Shown in pieces: positions 47,001 to 58,735 of a stretch of 64,000 nucleotides of DNA. Made by a program: the position numbers and the translations under genes. The notes beneath the pieces are model-generated. The model worked only from the letters and a program-made list of their open reading frames with translations. It made no database searches and was not told where the DNA came from. Source of the stretch: Squalus acanthias (Eukaryota). The DNA lies in the NCBI GenBank assembly GCA_030390025.1, contig CM059432.1, positions 22,322,001 through 22,386,000 of the forward strand. Direction: 5' to 3'. Position 1 is the first letter of the stretch; each line of letters starts with the position of its first letter.

Positions 47001-47214
47001 TGATGCGGAGATGCCGGTGTTGGACTGGGGTGGACAAAATTGAGAGGTCGCACAACACCAGGTTATAGTCCAACAGTTTTATTTGAAATCACAAGCTTTC
47101 GGAGCTATCGCTCCTTCCTCAGGTGAAGTCTCACCTGAGGAAGGAGCGATAGCTCCGAAAGCTTGTGATTTCAAATAAAACTGTTGGACTATAACCTGGT
47201 GTTGTGCGACCTCT
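47001..47214. mobile_element. PLE-type non-autonomous insertion with a perfect 84-bp inverted repeat
   Basis: Arms 47043-47126 and 47131-47214 with loop agtc. TSD (tct)atgagata at 46990-47000 and 47212-47222. Splits the CR1 codons WLSHR|RQR. Confidence 0.93.
47131..47168 (+). ncRNA. Minimal hammerhead ribozyme motif (mirror copy on the minus strand at 47089-47126)
   Basis: tcac-CTGAGGA-a-ggagc(gata)gctcc-GAAA-gc-TT-gtga; predicted cleavage after CUU at 47164. Confidence 0.8.
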
Positions 47215-49379
47215 ATGAGATAGCCAGTTACTTATCCAATCGGCCAAATTTCCCTCTATCCCACAACTCCTTACTTTCTTCATGAGACGACCATGGGGAA
47301 CCTTATCAAACGCCTTACTAAAATCCATGTATACGACATCAACTGCTCTACCTTCATCTACACACTTAGTTACCTCCTCAAAGAATTCAATCAAATTTGT
47401 TAGGCAAGACTTACCCTTCACGAATCCGTGTTGACTATCCCTGATTAAGTTGCCTCTTTCCAAATGGTCATAAATCCTATCCCTCAGGACCTTTTCCATT
47501 ATCTTACCAACCACCGAAGTAAGACTAGCCGGCCTATAATTACCAGGGTGATTCCTATTTCCTTTCTTGAAGAGAGGAACAACATTCGCCACTCTCCAGT
47601 CCTCTGGCACCATCCCCGTGGACAGTGAGGACCCAAAGATCAAAGCCAAAGGCTCTGCAATCTCCTCCCTTGCCTCCCAAAGAATCCTAGGATATATCCC
47701 ATCTGGCCCAGGGGACTTATCAACCCTCAGGTTCTTCAAAATTGCTAAAACATCTTCCCTCAGAACATCTACCTCCTCCAGCCTATCCACCTTTATCACA
47801 CTCTCATCCTCAAAAACATGGCCCCTCTCCTCGGTGAACACTGACGAAAAGTATTCATTCATCACCTCTCCTATCTCTTCTGACTCCATGCACAAGTTCC
47901 CACTACTGTCCTTGACCGGCCCTACCCTCACCCTGGTCATTCTTTTATTTCTCACATAAGAGTAAAAAGCCTTGGGGTTTTTCTTGATCCGACCCGCCAA
48001 GGACTTCTCATGCCCCCTCCTAGCTCTCCTAAGCTCTTTTTTTTAGCTCATTCCCTGCTACCTTGTACCCCTCAATCGACCCAACTGAACCTTGTTTTCT
48101 CATCCTTACATACGCTTCTTTTTTCCTCTTGACTAGACATTCAACCTCTTTTGTGAACCATGGTTCTCTCACTCGGCCATTTCCTCCCTGCCTGACAGGG
48201 ACATACCTATCAAGGACACGCAGTAATTGCTCCATGAAAAAGCTCCACTTTTCGTTTGTGCCTTTCCCTGATAGTTTCTGTTCCCATCTTATGCTCCCTA
48301 ATTCTTGCCTAATCGCATCATAATTACCCCTCCCCCAATTATAAACCCTGCCCTGCCGTATGGCCCTATCCCTCTCCATTGCAATAGTGAAAGTCACCGA
48401 ATTGTGGTCGCTATCTCCAAAGTGCTCTCCCACATACAAATCAAACACTTGGCCTGGTTCATTACCCAGTACCAAATCCAATGTGGCCCCACCTCTTGTC
48501 GGCCTATCCACATATTGTGTCAGGAAACCCTCCTGCACACACTGTGCAAAAACTATCCCATCCGAACTGTTTGACCTATAAAGGTTCCAATCAATATTTG
48601 GAAAGTTGAAGTCACCCATGACAACTACTCTGTGACCTCCACACCTATTCATAATCTGCTTTGCAATTTCCTCCTCCACATCTCTATTACTATTTGGGGG
48701 CCTGTAGAAAACTCCTAACAACGTGACCGCTCCTTTCCTATTTCTAACTTCAGCCCATATTACCTCAGACGGCAGATCCCCCTCGAACTGCCTTTCTGCC
48801 GCTGTTAAACTATCCTTGATTAACAATGCTACTCCTCCACCTTTCTTACCACCTTCCCTACTCTTACTGAAACATCTATACCCCGGAACTTCCAACAACC
48901 ATTCCTGTCCCTGTTCTAACCATGTCTCCGTAATGGCCACCACATCTGGGAAGGCGCCGAACACCTCGAGTCTCTTCATCGGGAGCAAGCGGAAGCCAAG
49001 CGCAAGCAGCGCAAGGAGCGCACGTCAACCCAAACACCCCACCCACCCGCCCCTTCAACCACCGTCTGACCCACCTGTGACAGAGACTGTTGGTCCCGCA
49101 TTGGACTCATCAGTCACCTGATAACTCATTTTTAATGTGGAAGCAAGTCATTTTCGGTTCCGAGGGACTGCCTAAGAAGAAGAAGATGGTGTCTGTGATC
49201 TCCTGGTGCCTGTGATCTCCCTGGTGTCTCTGATTTCCTGGTGCCTATGATCTCTTGGTGCCTATGATCCCCGGGTGCCTGTAATCTCCTGATTCGTGTG
49301 ATGTCCTGGTGCCTATGATTCCTCTGGCATGCTTTCTTTCATCTGTATCACTTCAACCATGAAATTTTGTATTTGACAA

Positions 49380-49533
49380 CACTTTAAAATCTATTTCTTT
49401 GATCAAGCTTTTAATTACCCTTACTAATATCTCTTTCTTTGGCTCAGTATCAATTTTTGTCTGATCAAGGTTCTGTGAAGTACCTTGAAATGTTTTTCTA
49501 TATTAAAGGTGCTATATAAATGCAAGTTGTTGT
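49380..49533 (+). mobile_element. Diverged L2 3' end
   Basis: tttgatcaagctttt...aaaggtgctatataaatgcaagttgttgt. Confidence 0.7.
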
Positions 49534-49989
49534 AGTATACCTGCTGCTGATTTTCTCAGACCAGTATGTATGGGGTACAATGCAGTATCAACAGACTATA
49601 TCATGTCAGCTATAAAGTATCTCTACTAAGATTTTATGTTAAGATAATGTAAAAATTGAGTGCCTGCTTTCTCCTTATATTAAAAAGATTCCATTTGAAG
49701 TCTTAAAAGTTCCAATGCACTGCCTGGACATATTTTCAACTGTGGGGTTGCACCAAACTGTAGTTATACTGCAACTAGTGCAACCTCAAAGTTAACTATC
49801 CTCCTGTTTGTGGGTTAGGTATGAAATTCCACTTGTTTTTAATGCCTTTCACAATCAGATCGCCATGTGACTCCCAGCATCAATGTGCACCCACAATTTA
49901 TCACTATGATTTGAGGCAGCAACTATGTCAACATTCAAGATTAGATTGCATAGATGGATAAATTTCAAGGTACTAAAGGTAAAGGTCAA

Positions 49990-50190
49990 TCAACATCACT
50001 AAAAGCAGCATTATCTGGCCATTATCCCATTGCTGTTTGTGGGAGCTTGCTGAGCGCAAATCTGCTGCCGCGTTTCCTACATTACAACAGTGACTACACT
50101 TCAAAAGTACTTCATTGGCTGTAAAGCGCTTTGGGACATCCTGAGGTCGTGAAAGGTGCTATATAAATGCAAGTCTTTCTTTTTTTCTTT
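49990..50190 (+). mobile_element. DeuSINE 3' half
   Basis: Matches ~1055-1233 with a (cttt) tail. Confidence 0.8.
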
Positions 50191-50829
50191 AAAGGGGAAC
50201 AGAGTAAATGTGATTATTACTATTTGCTTGTGTGGATAGTAAATGCGATACAAACTATTTGGGCCAAATGGCCTGTTCCCATGTTGTAACCTCTATGTAT
50301 TTCTATATATATTTCCATGTATAACTGTGACCTAAGCAAGCCAAGACTAAACCATACAAAATAATCAGGGATATGTAACAAAGGGAGTTAAAATAACAAA
50401 AAAGGAGATGGGAGGACTCTTAAAAGTGAAGAAGGAAACATTAATTAGAGGAGAAAAAAGAGCTCTTGTCTGTCCAAATTTAAATTGATATTAAATGAAA
50501 GAGGCTAACAATAAAAGAGGGACCACAAGCATGTAGCACATTACAAAATTGAAGGAAAGTGTTTAGAAGGAGAATGAGGAATAAGATGGTAATTCTTTAA
50601 ACTTATATATTTGCTATCAAGTTGACATAATCAGTTAAATGGAAGCATGGATTACAATAAAAGAATACAACAAATATTGTGGGTAAAGGGTAGTGTTGTT
50701 AGTCATAGTGAATCTGACAATCAACAAAAAGATAGACATATCCTCAGCGGGACAGTTGTCAGTGCCAATTTGGATAAAAGTCTGTAACTGCAAAGAGTAA
50801 GAACCTAACAGAGGGAGCTGCAGTAACTT

Positions 50830-51999
50830 CCATGGGAAAGTAATCAAGTTGATGTGGAGATGTTTGAGGAGATTAGGAGGGGGCTTCTGTGAAAAGGAGG
50901 ATGTTACCCATGGGTGACTTTAATTATCCTGAATTAAAGTGGATGGAATGGAAATTACTTTCCCATGGAGGGAAATTCATGATGCTAGTGGAAAACAGCT
51001 TATTGACTCAGCAACTAAATCTAGAGACAAGGGCAGAGGCCATACAGGATCTAATATTTACCTATGAATCTGAGAAGGCCAGCAGCTTAGAGGCTAGCGA
51101 AAACGTAAGCAGCAACCACTTTTTGTCACTGGTTTTTAAAGTGTTGCAGAAGAACGAAAAAACAACAACACAATGAAAATACTAAAATCCATAAGAGCAG
51201 ATTTTACTGCCAGCAGAGAAATGGTGGATTCATAGGAAAATAATAGATATATAATGTCAAGGGGCATATAGGGTAGGATAAGGCAGAAAAGGGAAGCTTA
51301 TGCCAGATACCGAGCGCTCAATACTGCAGAAAGCCTAGAGGAGTATAGAAAGTGCAGGGGTGAAATTAAACAGGAAATTAGGAAAGTAAAGTGAGGCATG
51401 AAAAAATATTGGCAATTAAAATCAAGAAAAACCCAAGGATGTTTTATGAATACATAAAGAGCAAGAGGATAACTAAGTAAAGAATAGGACCTATTAGAGA
51501 ACAAAAAAGTAACCTGTATGTGGAGGCAGAAGACGTGGGTATGGTTCTTAATGAATACTTTGCGTCTGTCTTCACAAAAGAGGGGGACAATGCAGACATT
51601 GTAGTTAAGGAGGAGGCGTGTGAAATATTGGATGGGATAAACATAGTGAGAGAGGAAGTATTAAGGGGTTTAGCATCTCTGAAAGTAGATAAATCGCCAG
51701 GCCCGGATGAAATGTATCGCAGACTGTTAAGAGAAGCAAGAGAGGAAATAGCAGAGGCTCTGACCATCATTTTCAATCCTCTCTGGCTACAGGTGTGGTA
51801 CCAGGGGACTGGAGGACTGCTAATGTTGTACCGTTGTTTAAAAAGGGAGTAAGGGATAGACCGAGTAATTACAGGTCAGTCAGCCTAACCTCGGTGGTGG
51901 GCAAATTATTGGAAAAATTTGTGACAGACATTATTAATCGTCATTTAGAAAGGCACGGATTAATCAAGGACAGTCAGCATGGATTTGTTAAGGGAAGGA
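50830..51999 (+). mobile_element. CR1 ORF2 fragments (very old EN piece ~50830-51200; younger linker/RT piece ~51280-51999)
   Basis: MGDFNYP...DLIFT; LNEYFASVFT...KSPGPDEM...NYRSVSLTS...SQHGFVKG. Confidence 0.8.
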
Positions 52000-52297
52000 C
52001 ATTCAACGGATCATCCTCCGCCATTTCCGCCACCTCTCATTGTTGAGCAGTTATTGTGAACAATTACCGTGCATTTACTATCCAAACACTCTTATTGAGC
52101 AAAGACAAAAACAGTCCTACCAATATTAACTCTTACAATATTAATTAGCCCCAGGAGTGTGAACAATATTCTTGTTGCCTCACATAGCTATCACTTCTGG
52201 ATGGTGTCTGTAGTGGGATAAGTCAATTTGGTGGTTTAGAGTTAGAGAAATATGCAGGAATTAAAAAGAAAATGGACAGATCAAAAGCAAACATATT

Positions 52298-53284
52298 GGC
52301 CGGGATTTTGTCTTAATAATAACGGTGAGGCTGTCAACACTCACCGTTATAATGGAGTAAATCGGACATCAACTTATAGAGTATGCACATGTGCAGTTAA
52401 ACACGGAAAACCGTAAGTCCAAAAATGGGTGGGTTGGGGTCGGGTGAGATGTAAATTTTTTTAATGAAGGCGGGACAGGGGGTGGGTTGGTCATTTAAAT
52501 ATTATAATGAGCATCACATTTAGCTTCCCTTACAGGTTTAACCCTGGCCGGCCGAGTTTCCCAGGCCTCGGAAAACCCAGCAGCTCAAGGGAGGCGAGGA
52601 CAGATTCGGAGAAAAGGTAAGTGCCTTTGCAGCAATGCTTGTGGGCCTGGAGGAGCAGGAGTGCTTACCTGCTTCCTGGGATCACACCACCCCCTCAGTC
52701 GGGGATCGGAGCCCCCCCACCTCCCCTACCGGGCTTGGGACACCCCGGAATCAGACACCCCTTCCCATCGGGGTTAGACACCCTGCTGGGGTCACGGTTT
52801 GCCCTCTCCCCCCCCCCCCCGAATGCTCCCACTAGCAGCTGCAGGCTCCTTACCTGAGGCTGCAGCCTGCTCCGGAGTGCTCCCCGCCCGACTGGAAGCC
52901 AAGCCTTTCAATCGGGCTGACTTCTGGGCGCGGATCCTGTCAAAAAAAACTGAACGCTGTGGAGTTAAACATTCGGGGAAATCCGGGCTTTAGAGTTTCC
53001 CGTCGGAAACTCCGCCCACCCCCCCGCACTCGGAAAACCCGCCCCTGTCAATATCGGGGCTTGCGTGTCTCAGTGAGGATTCTTAATTCTGATTGGTTGA
53101 AGAGCATCGCTGTTTCTTGACCTGCTCACAGACGCCACAGACACCCTTTAGAGGGCGCCATGCTGGATCAGACGGCGGATTAGAGCACGTCTCCGCTCAG
53201 GAGCCCGTGAAAACTTTGTGGGCAGCTGTCAGTGTCGTGAACGGCAAGCGCCATTCCTTTGTCGCTGACCGCAAAATCCGGGCC
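52298..53284. mobile_element. Harbinger-type MITE with a second MITE (~52417-53050, family of 415-1649) nested inside
   Basis: TIR ggccgggattttg / caaaatccgggcc with an att TSD on both sides. Confidence 0.75.
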
Positions 53285-53383
53285 ATTAGGTTTAGTGACT
53301 GATGTGAGTGTAGGTTAGGTGACTACATTTGGACAAAATGGGTTCAAACTGTGTCTAGAATAAACAGAACACAGAAAAATATT

Positions 53384-54105
53384 GGCCTAGAAATTGCAGT
53401 TGGAAGGAGTACCTCCGGAGTATGCCTCCAACCCGCGAAACATTTATGAAATTACCTGCTGGCGCCCAGGCTGTGAAGAGTTGCGGTCTCAGGCCTTGAG
53501 GCGGAGGACACTGTAATGGCTCACCGATCCCAGGGACACAGGCGGTTCGGAAAGGTATCTGGGGTCACGTGGGCCCGGTCCTCCAATGACAAAGGAGAAT
53601 TCCATTGCAATTATTTTCGAAGGGAATCCCCTAATAATATGCAATGGAATCCCGAATTCGAATAATTATACAATGTGCAGAATTGCAATTTTATTCATGA
53701 GCTCCTTCATTGCACCAACCTCAATGAAAATTTAATTTTTTGATAATAATGTTAAACATCATTAAGACTAATCCAAGCCAATATTTGCATAAACTCATTT
53801 AATAAAGTGTATGTGCATAATTTTGGATTTTTAAATGTTATATTTAAGCCTTAGATATCCCCTATGCCTGCTTGCATCAATCGTAAGACTTACGTGGGCA
53901 ATTGCTGGCCAGTCACTGGGCAAAGAGCCCAACTCTGTGCCAGCCATTGCTTTTTCGGAGCCCCCGCGGCTGGGATGTCAACGCGTACGCAAGCGCGTGT
54001 GGAAACCCTGGAACTTGCGGGGTTCGCCGAGAGTTCGCCGTCAATGTATCAGGAACTTTTTTTCTGTGACGTACTTTCAGCTTTAAAACTTTACATTTCT
54101 AGGGC
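53384..54105. mobile_element. Harbinger-type MITE
   Basis: Ends ggcctagaaatt / atttctagggc. Shares the gggtcacgtgggcc motif with the 13294/26393 family. Confidence 0.6.
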
Positions 54106-54284
54106 TCTCCGAGTGTAATTGCGTTATCTTGGAAAGGAAGTTAATAAATGAGCCGCCTTATAGCTTAACCGCAGGGTTCTGCTGTCTATGAGACTCTGTT
54201 GAAATTAGCACACCAGCACGAGCTCCACTTGCTTCCAAATCTTCTTTGCAGCTATTTACATAATCGTTCACATTTTCCTGACAG

Positions 54285-54331
54285 GAGCTGCAAAAGTCGA
54301 GCAGTCACGTAACCAGTCTTACAAAGGCAAG
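54285..54331 (+). other. Candidate small internal exon (47 nt; alternative acceptor at 54252 gives 80 nt)
   Basis: cattttcctgacag| ... GCAAG|gtgagta consensus splice sites in non-repeat-looking DNA. Confidence 0.3.
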
Positions 54332-54981
54332 GTGAGTATTTCAGGTCTTTAATGCTGGAGGCATTGAAAGTGCCACTTACTGGCACAATAGCATTTTTTA
54401 AAACATATATATTTTGGACATGAGGGGCCTTTAAATTTGATCATACTACACCTGTTTAACAGGCATAAAACGGGCTTCTAAGGGTCCAATATGGCAGGGG
54501 ACATGCACGCTCTCATTTCACACTGGAAGTGCGCCGCCCGACTTATTGGAATGAGCTCCTCCGTAGATATCCAGGGCTGTGGGAGCATTAAAAACGCTCA
54601 TTTTAATATTTAAATAAGGGTCCTACGCTTGTTGTAGGAGCCTTTTGTAAAATTGGTCTGGCCCAGCGTATGACTCGTCATGTGATAAATTTGCCCAACA
54701 AATCATGGTGCTAACAGGCAGTAAAGACCCTGTCCAGACCTGTCAGAATTTTATATGTTTCGATGAGATCCCCTCTCATTCTTCTATACTCCAACGAGTA
54801 TAAGCCCAATCAACCCCATACAGATTAGTTGCTGGTTTGTCTTCTTAGGCTACTGGTTAACTACTGGGCCTTTTTTTTGGTGCTATTTTCTGAGTTCAAC
54901 AACTGAGTTCCTACTTCTTTTACAACTTTTTGTTGGCGCTGGACTGCTTTGGTCTGCCTTCAAAACAGCTTTATTGCAGTC

Positions 54982-55610
54982 ATGGCTGTTCTGGCATGTC
55001 TGACTTTCGGGCTGGAGGAGGAAGGAGCAGCCAAGGAGACAGGAGAAAGCAGTAGCAGCTGGGAGAAGAGGTGGGGAGGCCGTTGACACTGCTCAGGAGG
55101 CGAGACCTTCAGCAAGACTATAGGGAGCACTTCTTATACCTCAACTTTACTGAGGAGCAATGCGTCCAGTACCGTGCTTCACCAAGGAAGCTTTCACCGA
55201 GCTATAGCAACTTCGAACCAGGGCATGGAAACTACTGCCTGTGGCTGTCAAGGTCCCCATGGCACGTAAGTTTTTATGCAACGGATTACTTCCAGGCTGC
55301 ACCAGGTAACATCAGCAACATCTCTCAGTTTGCTGTATCAAGGAGATCACCAGGAAGAACACCTACATCACTTTCCCAGTGAGCAAAGCAGGACGAAAGT
55401 GCACTAGGCTTCGCCCACATTTAAGCTTGCCCAGGATCCAAGATGCCATAGACTGCACCCATATTGCCTTACATGTTCCCCATCACCATCCTGGTATCTA
55501 TCTGAATAGAACAAGATTCTAATCCCTCAGTGTCCAGCTTGTTTGCAACCACAGGCAGTGCATCATGCAAGTCTTTGCCCGATTTCCTGGCAGCATCCAC
55601 TCTCAGGATG
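54982..55610 (+). pseudogene. Degenerate Harbinger (HARBI1-like) transposase N-terminal half
   Basis: YREHFLYLNFTEEQC..., FYATDYFQAAPGNISNISQFAV, AIDCTHIAL; parallels 57727-57050. Confidence 0.8.
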
Positions 55611-56128
55611 ACAGTATTCGTCCTCCCACCACTGCCATTCCGCCAGTGCCCTTGCTTTTGCCTGTCAGCCAGCCCGGATTCTTGCCGCCCATGCTGAGGT
55701 GGTGCAGTCCGAAGCCTGGCCTTTTAGGCCCAGAGCTGCTCGAGGTTGCCCTCCAAGGCCATCTGCAGACTCACCCACTGAAAGTCAGCAGCCTTCCACC
55801 AGCTGCAACCACTGGGGTAGCACTGCGTAGGAGCACTAGGATAAGCAATGGTACACGGAAGTTAGGCACTAAGGGAATGCACAAGGGTGATTAGCTGACT
55901 TTGGAATGCAATATTGGATTGTTTGATTTCTAAATTTGGTTTGGAATGTTTGTTTTGTGGCGGCTTTTATTGTAGCATTATGGCCAAGAGGACATTGTGA
56001 TGGTAACAGAGGGAGGTAATGTGTAGGACTGTTGGTGAATGGATTAAGTGGAGCTGCATTCACTGTTACCGCAGTTGAATGAGTCAATCACAGACAGCCA
56101 GCCAGAAAGGGGCTGTGTTGGATGCCTC

Positions 56129-56656
56129 CAGTTCTGGTCTCCTTACCTAAGGAAAGACATACTTGCCTTAGAGGGAGTGCAGCGAAGGTTCACTAGACTG
56201 GTTCCTGGGATGAGGGGATTGCCCTATGAGGAGAGATTGAGTAGACTAGGCTTATATTCTTTGGAGTTCAGAAGAATGAAACATATAAAATTCTTAAGGG
56301 GGTTGACAGGGTTAATGCTGGTAAATTGTTTCCCCTGGCTGGGGAATCTAGAACACAGGGTCAAAGTCACAGAATAAGGGGTAGGCCATTTAGGACTGAG
56401 ATGAGGAGAAATTTCTTCACTCAAAGGGTTGTGAATCTTTGGAATTCTCTACCCCAGAAAGCTGTGGATGCTCAGTCGTTGAGTATATTCAAGACGGAGG
56501 GCGATAATTTTTTGGGAATTAAGGGAATTAAGGGATATTGGGATAGTGCGGGATGGTGAATTTGAGGTAGAAGATCAGCCATGATCTTGCTAAATGGCAG
56601 AGCAGGCTTGAAGGGCCAAATGGCCTACTCCAGCTCCTATTTCTAATGTTCTTATA
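56129..56656 (+). mobile_element. CR1 3' end inserted into the Harbinger element
   Basis: QFWSPYLRKDILALE...FFTQRVVNLWNSLP and a 3' UTR. Confidence 0.9.
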
Positions 56657-56659
56657 TTC

Positions 56660-57727
56660 TTCACCCTCCTCTTCCTTCTCCTTCTCCTCCTCCTCAGCTC
56701 TTAGTTGTATACGTGCTGGCAAAGGCTGTGCCTTCATGATGACGAGGTTATGGAGCCTGCAACAGACCATGATGAATCTTGAGATGCGTTCTGGCGGGTA
56801 TTGCAAGGCTCCTCCAGAGCGGGCCAGGCAACGGAAGCATTATTTGAGCACGCCATGGTCTGCTCTATCAGATTCTGTGTGGTAGCATGGCTTTCGTTAT
56901 TTGCATGCTGCCCACTTGTGCTTGGGTTGCGCACCGAAGTCACACACCAGGTGGTCAGCGGATAGCCCTTGCCACCCAGTAGCCACCCTCTGGTTTGTCG
57001 CGGTGGCTCAAATGCGGATGGTACAGCGAACTGCCGCAGAATGAAGGCATCATGACTGCTGCCAGGATACCGAGCATTGACCTGCATGATGTGCTGAATA
57101 TGGTCGCACACCAGCTGGACATTCAGGGAGTGGAATTCCCTTCCGGTTGCGATACATCTCCAAATCCACATATGGCACCCGCAAAGCAATGTGTGTGCAG
57201 TCAATAGCACCCTGCACCGTGGGGAAGTTTGCTGTCCTGGCAAAGCTGTGTGCTCGCTGTGCAAGAGAGAATGAATTATATTCAGCTCTCTTTGCATACA
57301 GAGCCTCAGTGACCTCCCTTATGCAACAGTGCACAGCGAACTGGGAGATGTTCGAAATATCGCCTGCTCCAGCCTGGAAGGAGCCCGCGCATAAAAAGTT
57401 TATGGCTACACTCACCTTGACAGCCACTGGCAATGCTATCCTTGCCCGGCTCTGAGGCTGCAGGTTTGCCTGCAACAGGTGGCAGATTTCCAGGTGCACC
57501 TTCTTAGTGAAGCGGAGATGTTGCATACACAGCTCCTCGCTGAGGTAGAAAGAGTTATGGAAAGAGAATTGCTCCCTGAAGATTCTGGGTGGATTTGGTC
57601 TCTTGCTGAGAGCTCTTCTCCCCCTCCTCCTCCTCACTCTTCGAGCAGCTTGTCCTCCTCTGTGTCACCTCTGCTCATTCCCCCTATCATGCTGCAGGCC
57701 AAGGGGGATACACACTACTGCACTCAT
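56660..57727 (-). pseudogene. Harbinger DDE transposase (HARBI1-like), frameshifted
   Basis: LSEELCMQHLRFTK...GSFQAGAGDISNISQ...GAIDCTHI...YPGSSHDAFIL...WLLGGKGYP (catalytic D changed to G)...NLIEQT. The element end is near 58219. Confidence 0.88.
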
Positions 57728-58229
57728 GTCTGGGAGCAACTAGTCTGAGCAGAAACCTTGAAGTTACCTGCCACACCACTCCCTGGAGACCTCAGCAACT
57801 TCAAATAAGACACCAAACCAAGAAACACCTCTACAAACTCAACAGGAGCCAGTAGAAATCAATCATGAACTATCCTGAAAGCAGGTGATGATCCCTTTAC
57901 ATAGCACAGCTGAGACGTCCTTCCTGCTGCTGAACGAATGTTCAGCTGTGTGAGGTGATGAGAGGGCGCTCGCTCCAGCGTTGAGGTCGAAAATGGCAGC
58001 GCGGGTGTCAAATCAGCGGTGCACGCTGATTGACGTCATGACCTGCGTACTCTGCATCGTTCCTGCACACGCTCCGAGCGCCCACGCTATCGATCTACCC
58101 AAAATGGCGTCCAGCGCAGCCCACACCAGAAGTGTACACGTGCTCCTCGGACGCCATTTTAAACCCAAATCGGCACCCGTAGAGCTGAAAAACCGGGTGC
58201 TACAGAGCCGAATTTAGCCGCAATCCTCT

Positions 58230-58450
58230 CCAGAAATGGCTCATGACTCCTGTCAGTAACCTGGGCACAGCTGCAGAGCTGGCCTACAATGAGAGCCATG
58301 CCGCCACCAGAAATGTCATCGAGCAGACTTTCAGCATGCTCAAGCAACACAACAAGAGGGGGAAGAGGAGCAAGAGGGAGAGCAGAAAGAGGAAGAAGAG
58401 CCGTACGAGGAGGAGGAGCTTCGACCGCCAGTGCTCCTAGCTGCCAGAGC
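58230..58450 (+). pseudogene. Short Harbinger transposase C-terminal fragment
   Basis: YNESHAATRNVIEQTFSMLKQ. Confidence 0.7.
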
Positions 58451-58459
58451 TCTTCTTTT

Positions 58460-58735
58460 TAATTCAGGATTCGGGATATGGCGCCAGAAATTATTGCCCA
58501 TACCTAGTTGCCCTTGAGAAGGAGGTGCTGAACCTTCTTCTTGAACCGCTGCAGTCCATGTGGTGAAGATACTCCCACAGTGCTGTTAGGGAAGGAGTTC
58601 CAGGATTTTAACCCAACGACAATGAAGGAATGGCGATATGTGTCCAAGTCAGGATGGTGTGTGGCTTGGTGCTGATGGTGTGCCCATGCACCTGCTGCCC
58701 TTGTCCTTTTATGCGGTGGAGCTCACGGGTTTGGA
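58460..58735 (-). mobile_element. Family B LINE 3' end
   Basis: Matches 32790-33080. Confidence 0.8.

Larger units (their letters stand above)
45939..48945 (-). mobile_element. Fairly young 5'-truncated CR1 LINE (ORF2 EN+RT; one homopolymer frameshift at ~48040 and a hairpin insertion)
   Basis: DVVAITETW...MGDFN...SDHN; KSPGPDG; MDFSKAFDKV; GVPQGSVLGP; FADD; (ttctatg)n tail. Confidence 0.95.
41460..49186 (+). mobile_element. Near-full-length degenerate RTE LINE containing a nested LTR, CR1 and hairpin element
   Basis: 5' UTR, EN (TWNVRTL...ETR; YAP; GNFNAR), RT (NYRRVSLL, QCGFRP, AFFDLTK, QYAND), 3' (aag)n tail. 9-bp TSD tggtgtctg at 41451-41459 and 49187-49195. Confidence 0.93.
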
